Part shown: in pieces, positions 18,535 to 28,509 of the stretch
Position numbering within the stretch: the first letter of the stretch is position 1
How the letters are laid out: each line of letters begins with the position of its first letter
NCBI GenBank assembly: GCA_963819655.1
Contig: CAWFXA010000003.1
Location: forward strand, 640,001 to 704,000
Reading direction: 5' to 3'
Source of the DNA: an uncultured Chloroflexia bacterium
GTDB lineage: Bacteria > Chloroflexota > Limnocylindria > Limnocylindrales > CSP1-4
Length of the DNA: 64,000 nt
Notes under the pieces: generated by a model
Database searches by the model: none
What the model was told of the DNA's origin: nothing
What the model saw: only the letters and a program-made list of their open reading frames with translations
Program-made: the position numbers and the translations under genes

Positions 18535-19731
18535 TCACGCCTGCGTGGTCTCGGGCGCATCCCGATTGACCCCGCGTCGCAGGCGAGCGGGCGACAGCGG
18601 CAGACACGACACGACGAGGACCACGGCGATGGCGACGAGCATCCAGAGGCTTGCGCCGAAATCCCCCGTCAGGTCTCGAGCGGCGCCGAGGATGACCGGG
18701 CCGCTCGACGACACGATGTAGCCGCCGAGCAGCATCAGGGCCGCGACCGATCCCACGCGCGCGGGATCGTCGGCGACGTCCAGCGGCAGCGTCAGCACCA
18801 GCGGGAATACCGCGCCGAGCGACAGACCGAGGACCACCATCCACGCGAACGCGAGCTCCGGCGCCACGATGATCCCGACCAGCCCACCGACCGCGATCGC
18901 CGACGACACGAGGAGCTGCGGCCGGCGCGGTCCGAGCCGATCCGCGATGAGCGGGACACCGATGGTGGTGATCAGGCCGATGCCGTTGAACACGCCGATC
19001 AACGCACCGGCATCGGTCGTGTTCCAGCCGCGCTCAACGAATGCATTCGGCAACCAGGACACGATCCCGTAGAAGAGCACCGACTGCAGGCCGAAGACTG
19101 CGACCAGCAGCCACGCCGTCGCGTCCCCCCACGGCAGCCGCCGAGCGGTGGTCGCCCTGTCGGCGGGGCGCCGATCGAGTCCGCCCAGGACGACCCAGGC
19201 GACCACGGAGAGGATCGACAGAGTCGAGATGACCAGGAGGGCCTGGCGCCAGTCGTCCCCGGCGGCCAGCGGCACGGCGAACCCGGCGGCCAGCGTCGAG
19301 CCGGCGACGATGCCGCCGGCATAGGCGCCGGTGCCGAGGGCCGGACGGTCGGGCATGCGTCGCGACACGATCATCGAGGGGATCGCCCCGGCCGTCCCGA
19401 TCCCGATGCCGATGCCGAGCGTCGCGAGGAGCACGAGCGGCACCGTCGGAGCGAACGCCCGGGCGAGCCCGAAGGCGACGATCGCCACGAGGCAGGCCGC
19501 GAAGGCCACGCCGGATCCGAAGCGCGCGGCCAGACGCGGACCCACGGGTGCGAACAGACCCATGCACAGGACCGGGATGGTGGTGAGCAGACCGGCGATG
19601 CCCGCCGACAGCCCGAGATCCTCGCGGATGAGTGGCAGCAGCGGCCCGATCGCGAGGATCTGCGGTCGCATCGCCAGCGACGCCACGAACAGGCCGGCGA
19701 TGACGCCCAGCGGGATCGCGGCGCGACTCAC
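18535..19731 (-). CDS. MFS transporter, CynX/YeaN-like
   Basis: LAMRPQILAIGPLLP..GLLTTIPVLC; about 12 TM helices. Confidence 0.85.
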   Translation of the reverse strand: MSRAAIPLGVIAGLFVASLAMRPQILAIGPLLPLIREDLGLSAGIAGLLTTIPVLCMGLFAPVGPRLAARFGSGVAFAACLVAIVAFGLARAFAPTVPLVLLATLGIGIGIGTAGAIPSMIVSRRMPDRPALGTGAYAGGIVAGSTLAAGFAVPLAAGDDWRQALLVISTLSILSVVAWVVLGGLDRRPADRATTARRLPWGDATAWLLVAVFGLQSVLFYGIVSWLPNAFVERGWNTTDAGALIGVFNGIGLITTIGVPLIADRLGPRRPQLLVSSAIAVGGLVGIIVAPELAFAWMVVLGLSLGAVFPLVLTLPLDVADDPARVGSVAALMLLGGYIVSSSGPVILGAARDLTGDFGASLWMLVAIAVVLVVSCLPLSPARLRRGVNRDAPETTQA

Positions 19732-19902
19732 GGCTTCGTGCCGTCCCCTCGGCCCGGCGGGCACGCACCGATATGGGGCCGGGAATCGGGCATCCGCGAA
19801 CTCTAGCCGACCGGCGGCGCCTGCCCGGCCCGATCACGCGTACCTAGGAACGGCGCCGCTACTACCTTGGCACCGCCAGTTCGTGCGTGCATACTCCTCG
19901 GT

Positions 19903-20337
19903 ATGGCACGTCCTCGTACGACCGCCGGCCTCCGCGTCGGCCAGGCCGCGGAGATGCTCCAGGTGTCCGTTGACACTCTGCGGCGCTGGGAGGCCGACGG
20001 GCGGCTGCGGGTCGACCGATCGGCGGGTGGGCAACGAGTGATCGCCATCGAGGAAGTCAGCCGGCTGCTCACCGAGCGACGGGTGAGCGGATCGGACCGG
20101 CCCATCGTGGCGCAGTCCGCGCGCAACCGTTTCCATGGCATCGTCACGCGCGTCGAGAAGGATCGCGTGGCTGCCGTGGTCGAAGTGATGGCCGGACCCC
20201 ACCGCCTGGTGAGCCTGATGACGGCCGAGGCCGTCGATGAACTGCGCCTGAAGGTAGGCGACGAGGCCGTGTGTGTGGTCAAGGCGACCAATGTCATCGT
20301 CGAGATGCCGGCCGGCGGTCGTGGTGGTGGCGGATGA
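19903..20337 (+). CDS. MerR-type HTH plus TOBE molybdate-binding regulator (ModE-like)
   Basis: VGQAAEMLQVSVDTLRRW; QSARNRF..; LKVGDEAVCVVKATNV; TTGGCA-N17-CATACT promoter upstream. Confidence 0.88.
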   Translation: MARPRTTAGLRVGQAAEMLQVSVDTLRRWEADGRLRVDRSAGGQRVIAIEEVSRLLTERRVSGSDRPIVAQSARNRFHGIVTRVEKDRVAAVVEVMAGPHRLVSLMTAEAVDELRLKVGDEAVCVVKATNVIVEMPAGGRGGGG

Positions 20338-21157
20338 CCCTGGTCGCGCCGGCGGCGTGATCGGGCGCCGTGCCGTGCTCGGCGCGGCCCTCCTGTTCGC
20401 GCTGTTCCTTGGCCTGCCGATCCTCGTCCTGGTCGGGCGGGCCGTCGTCGGTGGCTCGCTTGCGCAGTCACTCGGCACGCCCGCCGTGCTCGATGCGATC
20501 GCGCTGAGCCTCGTCACGACGTCGGCCTCGCTCGCGATCACGGTCGCGTTCGGGTTGCCGCTGGCCTACGTCCTGGCGCGTCGGACGTTCCCGGGCAAGC
20601 GTCTTGCCGAGATCGTCATCGACCTGCCGATCGTGCTGCCGCCGGCGGTCGCCGGGCTCGGACTGTTGCTGGTCTTCGGCAACCGCGGGCTGCTTGGAGG
20701 CCCATTGAACGCGCTGGGATTGAGCATCCCGTTCACGACGGCCGCGGTCATCCTCGCCCAGACATTCGTGTCGGCACCGTTCTTCGTCCGCTCTGCGCGC
20801 ACGGGCATCGCCGGCGTCGACCGTCACCTTGAGGACGCTGCGCGAGTCGATGGGGCTTCGGAATCCCATCTGTTCCGGACCATCACCGCCCCGCTCGCGA
20901 GCTCCGCACTGGCCGCCGGGTTGGTGATGAGCTGGGCGCGGGCGCTCGGTGAGTTCGGCGCGACGATCATGTTCGCGGGCAATGTGGCAGGACGGACCCA
21001 GACCCTACCGCTTGTGGTCTACGCCGAGTTCGGGGCGGGTGACCTCGATGCGTCGATCGCGGCCGCCGGCGTGCTGGTGCTGGCAGCCTTCGGCGTGCTC
21101 GCCGCTGTCCGTGTGTTCCACTGGGGCCGGGCGCTGGACACCCGGGGACTCGCCTGA
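20327..21157 (+). CDS. modB: Molybdate ABC transporter permease
   Basis: DLPIVLPPAVAG, LEDAARVDGA (EAA loop), WARALGEFGATIMFAGN. Confidence 0.88.
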   Translation: MADDPGRAGGVIGRRAVLGAALLFALFLGLPILVLVGRAVVGGSLAQSLGTPAVLDAIALSLVTTSASLAITVAFGLPLAYVLARRTFPGKRLAEIVIDLPIVLPPAVAGLGLLLVFGNRGLLGGPLNALGLSIPFTTAAVILAQTFVSAPFFVRSARTGIAGVDRHLEDAARVDGASESHLFRTITAPLASSALAAGLVMSWARALGEFGATIMFAGNVAGRTQTLPLVVYAEFGAGDLDASIAAAGVLVLAAFGVLAAVRVFHWGRALDTRGLA

Positions 21158-21164
21158 ATCGAGG

Positions 21165-22173
21165 TCAGCCTTCGGGACTTCCCAGCGGCGTGGTCTGCAC
21201 CAGATGCGCCGGCGCGTTGTGGACGGCAGGGATGCTGCCCAACCGGCCGGCCTGGTAGTCGGCGACAGCCTGCATTACCTCCTCGCGCGTGTTCATGACG
21301 AATGGCCCGAGCCAGGCCACGGGCTCGCGGATCGGGCGACCGCCCAGGACCAGGACGTCCATCGACGGACTGCGACTCTCCTGCTGGCGCGCTGCCTCGA
21401 TCGTGATGGTGTCACCCGGCCCGAAAACGACCAGCTGACCCGTCTCGATCGGCCGGCCCTCGGCTCCGACCGAGCCCTGACCGTTCATCACGTAGACGAG
21501 CGCGTTGTAATCGGGCCGCCACGGCAGCCGGAGGCGTGCGCCGGGACCCAGCGTGGCGTGGACCAGGGTCATGGGGCTGTACGTCGAGCCCGGGCCGGCC
21601 TGACCCGCGACGTCTCCCGCGATCACGCGGACCAGTGCCCCGCCGTCGGGGGACGAGAGGAGCGACACCTCGCTCGCGCGGATGTCCTGGTAGCGCGGGG
21701 CAGCCCACTTTCTGGAGAGCCGGCAGGTTGACCCACAGCTGGAAACCGTGGAACAGGCCCCCGCTGGCCACGAGGGCGTCGGGAGGCCGCTCGATGTGGA
21801 GGATGCCCGAGCCGGCCGTCATCCACTGCGTATCGCCGTTGGTGATGACGCCACCCCCGCCGTTCGAGTCGCTGTGCTCGAAGACGCCGTCGATCATGTA
21901 CGTGACGGTCTCGAAACCGCGGTGTGGATGCCACGGCGTGCCCTTGGCCTCGCCGGGCGCGTATTGCACCTCGCCCATCTGATCGAGATGGATGAATGGA
22001 TCCAGGTCCTCGAGCGCGACGCCGGCGAATGCCCGCCGAACGGGGAAGCCCTCCCCTTCCACGCCGTGCGGGGCGTTCGACACGCCGCGGACCGGGCGCT
22101 CACGCGCGATGGCGAGATCCGGTTCAAGGATGCGCGGGAGGACGGACAGATCTTCGACGACGACTGCGGGCAT
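21165..22173 (-). pseudogene. Pirin family protein split by one extra base near 21710 (pseudogene or sequencing error)
   Basis: HPHRGFETVT and GILHIE in one frame; WAAPRYQDIR...GPFVMNT continues in another; removing one A from CAGAAAGTGG restores the frame. Confidence 0.85.
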
Positions 22174-22202
22174 GCGAGCTGGACTCCTTCGGTTGTGCCG
22201 AC

Positions 22203-22231
22203 ACGCTACCCGCAGGTAGTTGCGTTGTCAA
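22203..22231 (-). promoter_or_regulatory. Pirin promoter TTGACA-N17-TAGCGT
   Basis: Consensus -35 with 17-nt spacer; overlapping imperfect palindrome GTAGTTG-N6-CAACCAC. Confidence 0.65.
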
Positions 22232-22249
22232 CCACTGGCGCGATGCGCC

Positions 22250-24106
22250 CTATGCTGTGGCGGGCTGGTCGACCGACACCCACGCTCGATCCAGCGCCAG
22301 GTGGATGACCGTCGAGCGCTCTTCTGCGAGGGCCTGCCGCAGGGCGGGCTCGACGTCGGCGTCCCGGTCGATGCGGACACCGCGAGCGCCGAGACCCCGG
22401 GCGATCGCCGCGAAGTCGATCGTGCCGAGCTCCGTTGCGATCGCCAGCCCCGCCCCGCGCCTCGACTGCCACATCCGGATCGTCCCGTATTGCTCGTTGT
22501 CGAACACGAGGACGATGATGCGGGCACCCTCGCGCGTCGCCGTCTCCAGCTCGGCCATGGTCATCGCCATCCCGCCATCGCCCGCCAGCGCCACGACTGG
22601 CCGATCACGGTGGACGAGAGCCGCCGCGATCGCGGCGGGCACCGCGTAACCCATGGCCCCGGACGTCGGCCCGATGAAAGTCCCGGGTCGACGGAACCGG
22701 AAGCCGCGACCGGCCCAGCCGGCGAAGTTGCCAGCGTCCGTGGTGAGGATCGCGTCGTCGGGGAGGACGTGCCGCAGGGTCGTGATCACCCGTCCAGGAT
22801 GGACACCTGGGCCCGTCCAGTCGTCGGCATTCGCGTCGACCGTGGCGGCCTCTTCCCAGGCGGCCCGGTCCGTCACGTTGTTGGCCTGCCGGCGCCGGAC
22901 AAGGTCGGCATCGAGCACCGCCTTGCCGACCAGCCGATCGTTGGCCGCGCGCAGGAACGTGCGGGCGTCGGCGGCGACCGTGATGTCCGCGGGGCGTGGA
23001 CCGGACGAACGATGTGGCTCGATGTCGACGTGGGCCCAGCGCGTCGCGACCGCCGGGATCGTGTCATCCCATGACGTCGGCTCGCTCAACCGGCAGCCGA
23101 TGACGAGCATCGCGTCGGCCGTGGCAAGCCGCTCGCGGATCGTCGGTGCGGCACCCAACCCGGCCATCCCGAGATACAGCTCGTGGTCGTTGGAGATCAC
23201 GTCGGCGCGTCGCCACGAGGCGACGATCGGCACCTGGAGAAGCTCGGCGAAGCGCAGGAGGTCGGTCGAGGTGCGCGCCCGGAGGATGCCGCCGCCGGCG
23301 AGGATGACCGGTCGTTCAGCGGACGCGAGGAGCTCGATGACTGCTCGGATGTCGCCATCGGACGGACGTCCGCCGGTGGGGCGCTCCGCGACGACGCGCG
23401 CGTCCTCAGGGACCGGCTCGTCGAGCAGGTCCTCCGGCAGTGACAGGAGCACAGGGCCCGGGCGGCCGCCCGAGACCTGGCGCAGGGCCTCGCCGAGGAT
23501 GGTGGCGACATCGGCGGCGTCCGTCGGCTCTGCGGCCCATTTCGCGAGCCCGCCTATGGTGCCGACCTGATCGATCTCCTGGAATGCCTCGTGACCTCGG
23601 TGCGCCCGCTCGACCTGCCCCACGAGCGCGAACATCGGGGTCGAGTCCTGGCGTGCCGTGTGGATGCCGATCGCGAGGTTGGCCGCGCCGACCGCGCGGG
23701 TCCCGATGCATGCCGCCGGTCGACCGGTCAGGTTCCCGTGGGCCTCAGCCATGAACGCCGCTCCGCCCTCGTGGCGGGTGGCGACGACCCGGATCCCCAC
23801 CTCGTCCAGGGCCTCGAGCAGACCCAGGAAGGACTCGCCCGGCACCGTGAACGCGTAGCGCACCCCGGCCATCCGGAGCGCATCCGCCACGAGCCTGGCG
23901 ACCGTGCGCGGTCCCGTCGGCTCGGCGGGTGAGGCATCGGCCTCGGCCGGAGCCTCGTCTGCGGGCAAGGTCTCGATCTCGGCTACGGGTGGGCTCTCGG
24001 TCTCGGCGGCGGTCTCGGGCGGGCTCTCAGTCTCGGCCGCGGGCTCGATGTCCGAGCTGACGGCCGCCTCGTCCTCGGCCGCCGTTCGCGCGACGTCGTC
24101 GGTCAT
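22250..24106 (-). CDS. Thiamine pyrophosphate-dependent enzyme (acetolactate synthase-like)
   Basis: VPGESFL, RHEGGAAFMA, GAMGY, GDGGMAM...N; acidic N-terminal repeat AAETESPP twice. Confidence 0.9.
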   Translation of the reverse strand: MTDDVARTAAEDEAAVSSDIEPAAETESPPETAAETESPPVAEIETLPADEAPAEADASPAEPTGPRTVARLVADALRMAGVRYAFTVPGESFLGLLEALDEVGIRVVATRHEGGAAFMAEAHGNLTGRPAACIGTRAVGAANLAIGIHTARQDSTPMFALVGQVERAHRGHEAFQEIDQVGTIGGLAKWAAEPTDAADVATILGEALRQVSGGRPGPVLLSLPEDLLDEPVPEDARVVAERPTGGRPSDGDIRAVIELLASAERPVILAGGGILRARTSTDLLRFAELLQVPIVASWRRADVISNDHELYLGMAGLGAAPTIRERLATADAMLVIGCRLSEPTSWDDTIPAVATRWAHVDIEPHRSSGPRPADITVAADARTFLRAANDRLVGKAVLDADLVRRRQANNVTDRAAWEEAATVDANADDWTGPGVHPGRVITTLRHVLPDDAILTTDAGNFAGWAGRGFRFRRPGTFIGPTSGAMGYAVPAAIAAALVHRDRPVVALAGDGGMAMTMAELETATREGARIIVLVFDNEQYGTIRMWQSRRGAGLAIATELGTIDFAAIARGLGARGVRIDRDADVEPALRQALAEERSTVIHLALDRAWVSVDQPATA

Positions 24107-24210
24107 CAGAACGCGAGCGGGTACGCCACGGTCGACAGCACGAGCCCGAGCACGATGATGACGATCACCGCGATCATGACGGCCTTCGCGAAACGCGATC
24201 CAGGCAGCAA
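24106..24210 (-). CDS. Unannotated 34-aa single-TM protein MLPGSRFAKAVMIAVIVIIVLGLVLSTVAYPLAF
   Basis: Fills the yajQ-TPP gap; TGATG overlap with the downstream start; high GC at third codon positions. Confidence 0.7.
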   Translation of the reverse strand: MLPGSRFAKAVMIAVIVIIVLGLVLSTVAYPLAF

Positions 24211-24220
24211 CGTCCAACCC

Positions 24221-24712
24221 TTAGCGGTAGTTCTGGAACTGGAGCGGGACCGGCTCGTCGAGCTCGCGCAAGCGTGTGATGACCTTCTGGAGCTCGTCCT
24301 TGCTCTTACCCGAGACGCGGACCGCGTCGCCCTGGATCTGCGACTTGACCTTCGGGAACTCGTCGCGGATGAGCTTGGTCAGCCGTTTGGCGATCTCGTC
24401 GGTCAGGCCGCGGCGCAACTTGATCTCCTGGCGGACCTTGTTGCCGCCGGCGGGTTCCACCTTGCCCCAGTCGAAGATCTTGAGTGACAGGTTGCGCCGG
24501 ATCGCCTTCGACTCGACCAGGTCCTTGATCGCCGCGGCCCGGTACTCATCATCGGTCACGAGCACGATCTCGTCCTTCGCCTGCGTCAGGTCGACCGTGA
24601 CGCCCTTGAAGTCGTAGCGCTGACCGACCTCGCGACGCACCTGGTCGAGCGCGTTGCGCAGCTCCTGCTCATCGAAGTCGCTTACGACGTCGAACGAGAC
24701 ATCGCCTGCCAT
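24221..24712 (-). CDS. yajQ: YajQ family nucleotide-binding protein
   Basis: SFDVVS..QELRNAL, RYDFKG, IQGDAVRVSGK, LQFQNYR. Confidence 0.95.
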   Translation of the reverse strand: MAGDVSFDVVSDFDEQELRNALDQVRREVGQRYDFKGVTVDLTQAKDEIVLVTDDEYRAAAIKDLVESKAIRRNLSLKIFDWGKVEPAGGNKVRQEIKLRRGLTDEIAKRLTKLIRDEFPKVKSQIQGDAVRVSGKSKDELQKVITRLRELDEPVPLQFQNYR

Positions 24713-24737
24713 GAATCCTCCTTGCGTTACGCGGCTT

Positions 24738-25127
24738 TTACGCGCCGGCCGACGACTCGCGTCGATGCCACCATTCGCGGAAGCGGGCGATCCGCCCATC
24801 CGCCGCGATCTCCATCGTTAGAAAGCCGGCGAGGCGCACCCGGGCCCGATCGGCGCGGTTCACGTAGCTCGCGTGCCACGCCGCCAGCACGGTCGAGCCG
24901 GAGACCCAGTGACGCTCCACGGTGAATTCGACGTCCTGCTGGCGATCGGACTCTTCCAGAAGGTATGCCCGCACGGCATTGTGACCGACGACCGGCGGCT
25001 CGAACGGGTCCTCGCGGTACTCGACGTCGTCCGTGAACAGCTCAGTCCAGGCATCGCCATCGAACGACTCCCAGGCGCGGCCGTATCGCGCGAGCAGATC
25101 CTCGGCGGCGGCGTGATCCAGGTCCAT
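24738..25127 (-). CDS. NTF2/SnoaL-like protein
   Basis: YGRAWES..LFTDDVEYREDPF..FREWW. Confidence 0.8.
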   Translation of the reverse strand: MDLDHAAAEDLLARYGRAWESFDGDAWTELFTDDVEYREDPFEPPVVGHNAVRAYLLEESDRQQDVEFTVERHWVSGSTVLAAWHASYVNRADRARVRLAGFLTMEIAADGRIARFREWWHRRESSAGA

Positions 25128-25129
25128 CG

Positions 25130-26653
25130 TCAGGCCGTCTCCTCCAATCGTCGCAGCAGACCGGTCGCGATCCGGTAGCTGTGGCCTCCACCCATCACGA
25201 GGACGGCATCCCCGGGCCGAACCTCGCCGGCAAGCCATTCGGCCGTCGCGTCCACCGATCCGGGTGCTGCCACCGGGATGGCCCGTCCGAGTCGTGTCAC
25301 AGCCGCGGCCAGGTCCCCTGCCGACGCGATCGTCGTGTCCGGATCGCGGCCGGGCCAGATGTCTGCGATCGCGACCGCATCCGCGGTTGCAAGCGCATGA
25401 GCGAAATCGCTCGCCAGCGCTGCCGTCCGATGGTACGTCAGCGGCTCATAGACCGCCCACAGACGCCTGCTGGGCTCGCGCTGGCGGAGCGCGGCGATCG
25501 TCGCCCGGATGGCCGTCGGGTGGTGACCGTAATCGTCGTAGACGACGACTCCACCGGCCTCCCCCTTGCGTTCGAGTCGACGGCCGACACCCTCGAAGGT
25601 CTCGAGACCGCGCACGATCGCGTCCGGTGGTACCCCCAGCGTCGAAGCTGCCGCGGCCACGCCGAGAGCGTTCGCGGCGTTGTGGCGGCCGGCCGTCGGC
25701 AGGCGCGCGATGAGCGGCCGGGGCTGCGTCCCCAGTCCGTCGAGCTGCAGTGTCGTTCCGCCCGGGTCCTCGGCGATGATCCGGCCAGTCACGGCGAACG
25801 ACTGAGGCGCGGCCGATGCGGGGACCGGGTCTCCGTCGGCGAGCGCGACCGCGACCAACGCGCCGTGCGTGTCAGCCAGGCCATCGACGATCGTGGCGAC
25901 ACCTGGATCGGCCACGTTCGCGATGACCGTTCCGCCAGGTGGCATGCCGCGCAGCCACTCTCGGAACGCGTCGCGTACGGCGGCGGCGTCGGCGAAGATG
26001 TCGGGGTGGTCCCACTCCGCACTCGTGAGCACGGCGATGTCCGGCCGGTACGCGTCGAAGTTCCCGGCATACTCGTCGGCCTCGACGACGAACGGGGCGC
26101 CACGGCCGATCCGCGCAGTAGCCGCTGCACCCCCGGTCACCGTGCGCGGCAGCAGCGCACCGACGAACGCCGACGGATCGAGGCCGGCCCCCACGAGCAC
26201 GTGCACAAGCCAGCCCGCGGTCGTGCTCTTGCCGTGCGTCCCGGCGACGGCGACCAGAGTCCGCCCCGAGGCCGCGTCGGCGATGACCTGCTGCCACGCC
26301 TCGACCGGGATGCCGCGCTCGCGCGCGGCTCGCAGCTCCGGGTTGTCCGGGTCGATCGCGGTGAGCGCCTTCGTGACGGCCAGCCGTTCTGGCGACGGCT
26401 CCTTCGTGATATGGCTCGGATCGTGGAAGGTCGCGACCTCGATGCCGGCCTCCTCGATCGCGACGGTGTAGGGCGAAGCACCACCGGAGTCACACGCCGT
26501 GACGTCGGCCCCCGCCGCACGTGCGAGGAGAGCGGCCGCACTGGCACCCGCGCCACCGGCGCCGATCACATGGATGCGTTCGCCCTCTCGGATCGGGCGA
26601 GCGGCACGTACCGGGTCGAGGCCGGCTCCGATGGCCGCCGCGTCGCGGGTCAC
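25130..26653 (-). CDS. murC: UDP-N-acetylmuramate--L-alanine ligase (MurC-like)
   Basis: [32 protein letters not shown]. Confidence 0.85.
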   Translation of the reverse strand: MTRDAAAIGAGLDPVRAARPIREGERIHVIGAGGAGASAAALLARAAGADVTACDSGGASPYTVAIEEAGIEVATFHDPSHITKEPSPERLAVTKALTAIDPDNPELRAARERGIPVEAWQQVIADAASGRTLVAVAGTHGKSTTAGWLVHVLVGAGLDPSAFVGALLPRTVTGGAAATARIGRGAPFVVEADEYAGNFDAYRPDIAVLTSAEWDHPDIFADAAAVRDAFREWLRGMPPGGTVIANVADPGVATIVDGLADTHGALVAVALADGDPVPASAAPQSFAVTGRIIAEDPGGTTLQLDGLGTQPRPLIARLPTAGRHNAANALGVAAAASTLGVPPDAIVRGLETFEGVGRRLERKGEAGGVVVYDDYGHHPTAIRATIAALRQREPSRRLWAVYEPLTYHRTAALASDFAHALATADAVAIADIWPGRDPDTTIASAGDLAAAVTRLGRAIPVAAPGSVDATAEWLAGEVRPGDAVLVMGGGHSYRIATGLLRRLEETA

Positions 26654-27153
26654 GTCGGCTGTCCGGTCAGACGGCTCAGGACGAGCTCCAGGGCTGCCGC
26701 GGCGCTCAGCCGCTTGTTCCCCGATCGATCGCTGTCCCACACGAAGCGACGCACGTCGCCGCCGTCGGCGTCCACGACAGCGACATAGGTCAACCCGACG
26801 GGCTTCGCGGCCGTCCCGCCGTCGGGTCCGGCTACCCCTGTGACAGAGACGGCGACATCGACCGAGAGCCGGCGGCGAACGCCCTCGGCCATCGCGCGCG
26901 CGACCTGTGCCGATACGGCGCCGTGTGCCTCGAGGACGTCCGCCGGCACGTCGACCAGACCGATCTTGACCTCGTTGGCGTACGTCACGAAGCCGCCGAT
27001 GAAATAGTCGCTCGAGCCCGGGACCTCGGTGATCAGGTGGGCGACCAGGCCGCCGGTGCAACTCTCGCCCGTCGCGAGCCGCACGCCCCGTTCCCGACAC
27101 GCAGCCCCGACGCGGGCGGCCAGGTCCACGAGATCTTGGTCCGAGGGTGGCAC
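26650..27153 (-). CDS. CinA C-terminal domain / NMN deamidase (PncC-like)
   Basis: ESCTGG, PGSSDYF, GAVS, SVTGVAGPDGG..KPVG. Confidence 0.92.
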   Translation of the reverse strand: MPPSDQDLVDLAARVGAACRERGVRLATGESCTGGLVAHLITEVPGSSDYFIGGFVTYANEVKIGLVDVPADVLEAHGAVSAQVARAMAEGVRRRLSVDVAVSVTGVAGPDGGTAAKPVGLTYVAVVDADGGDVRRFVWDSDRSGNKRLSAAAALELVLSRLTGQPT

Positions 27154-27156
27154 CCG

Positions 27157-28509
27157 CTAACGGCGCTTGGTCATCACCGGCTCGTCAGGCGGTGCGAAGA
27201 GCCAGGTCTCCGGGGTGCCACGGCGGCCAAGGGCGCCGAGTGGCGTGCCGTTCAGCGTGAACTTCGTCGCACCCGACGAGCCCGTCCGCACCTCGATCGA
27301 CTCCTTGCCTGTGAAGGTCAGGGTCTTGCCGTCGGCGAGGACCTTGCCCGCCGGTCCGGTCTTAGGATCGAGCTTGCCATCGACCCAGACCTTCAGCCAC
27401 GCTCGGCCGCCGTCGATCGAGACCACCAGGTTGACGCCCTTGAACGCCACCGTGACAGCGCGCGTCAGAGATGTGGTCTTCCCTTCCGGGCTCGACGCAG
27501 TGACCGTGATGGCCCATTTGCCGGCCGTCAGCTCGAGTGGCGCACTGAACGTCCCGTCCTCGCCGACCTCGACCGTGACCGGCTTCGGCTGGGCGGGCGG
27601 GGCCGGGGTCGCGCCGCCCGCGGCCGCCGCAGCCGGCCCGGTGTAGGCGGCGCTGACCACCACGGAGCCGGCATTCGTCGTGCGGCCCTGGATGGGGATC
27701 GCCCCGTTCTCGTACGTGGCGCCGTCGGCGGGTTGCTCGACCGTGAGCGTCGGCGCCTCGATGACGCGGAACGGGACGGTGATGACCCGTTCGACCGGCG
27801 CCTCGGCCACCTTGCCCGTGGCCGGGTCGGTCGCTGAGATCGTGAACAGGTTCTCGCCGCGGCGGAGGTCGACATTGAGGGTCCAGCGCCCGGCGGAGTC
27901 GGCATTCGCGCGTGCCTCGACGTCCGCTGTCTTGATCGACACGGAGCCGCCCGGGATCGTCGTTCCCTCGAGCAGATACGACGTCGCATCCTCATCGACC
28001 TCGAGGACGGCCACGGCCGGGTCGCTGACGGCGATCGTGGGCGGCTTCGAGAAGCGGAGGAGCTGCATGCCGAGGTACCCCGCGAAGCCCAGCACGAATA
28101 GCGCCAGCAAGGCGAACACGATCAGGCTGGGCGAGAACGTCAGTCCGCGGCGTGGCGCGGCGATCGGCCGCGGCACCGAGATGACCTGTTGCGGCTCGCG
28201 CGGGTCGCCTCGTTCACGGCGCCACTGGAGCAGGACCTCGTCCGGATCGAGGCCGAGGTACAACGCGTAGTTGCGCAGGAAGCCCTTCGTGTAGACGGCC
28301 CCGGGCAGCTCGCGGTAATCGCCCCGTTCCAGGGCGGCCAGATACCGCGCCCGAATCTTGGTGTCACGTTCCGCGCGGTACAGGTCGACGCCCTTGCGCT
28401 CGCGCGCGGCGAGGAGGCGTTCGGGGAGCCCGGGCGCGCTGTCGCTGGCAGGAACGCGCGGCTCGCGTTCCGCCTCGACCCCTCGGCGGACATGATCCCT
28501 CGTCGTCAC
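27157..28509 (-). CDS. rodZ: RodZ-like protein (HTH, TM, two Ig-like domains, C-terminal DUF4115-like domain)
   Basis: YLAALERG..LPGAVYTKGFLRNYA; WLKVWVDGK..IEVRTGSSG; position between ftsK and cinA. Confidence 0.8.
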   Translation of the reverse strand: MTTRDHVRRGVEAEREPRVPASDSAPGLPERLLAARERKGVDLYRAERDTKIRARYLAALERGDYRELPGAVYTKGFLRNYALYLGLDPDEVLLQWRRERGDPREPQQVISVPRPIAAPRRGLTFSPSLIVFALLALFVLGFAGYLGMQLLRFSKPPTIAVSDPAVAVLEVDEDATSYLLEGTTIPGGSVSIKTADVEARANADSAGRWTLNVDLRRGENLFTISATDPATGKVAEAPVERVITVPFRVIEAPTLTVEQPADGATYENGAIPIQGRTTNAGSVVVSAAYTGPAAAAAGGATPAPPAQPKPVTVEVGEDGTFSAPLELTAGKWAITVTASSPEGKTTSLTRAVTVAFKGVNLVVSIDGGRAWLKVWVDGKLDPKTGPAGKVLADGKTLTFTGKESIEVRTGSSGATKFTLNGTPLGALGRRGTPETWLFAPPDEPVMTKRR

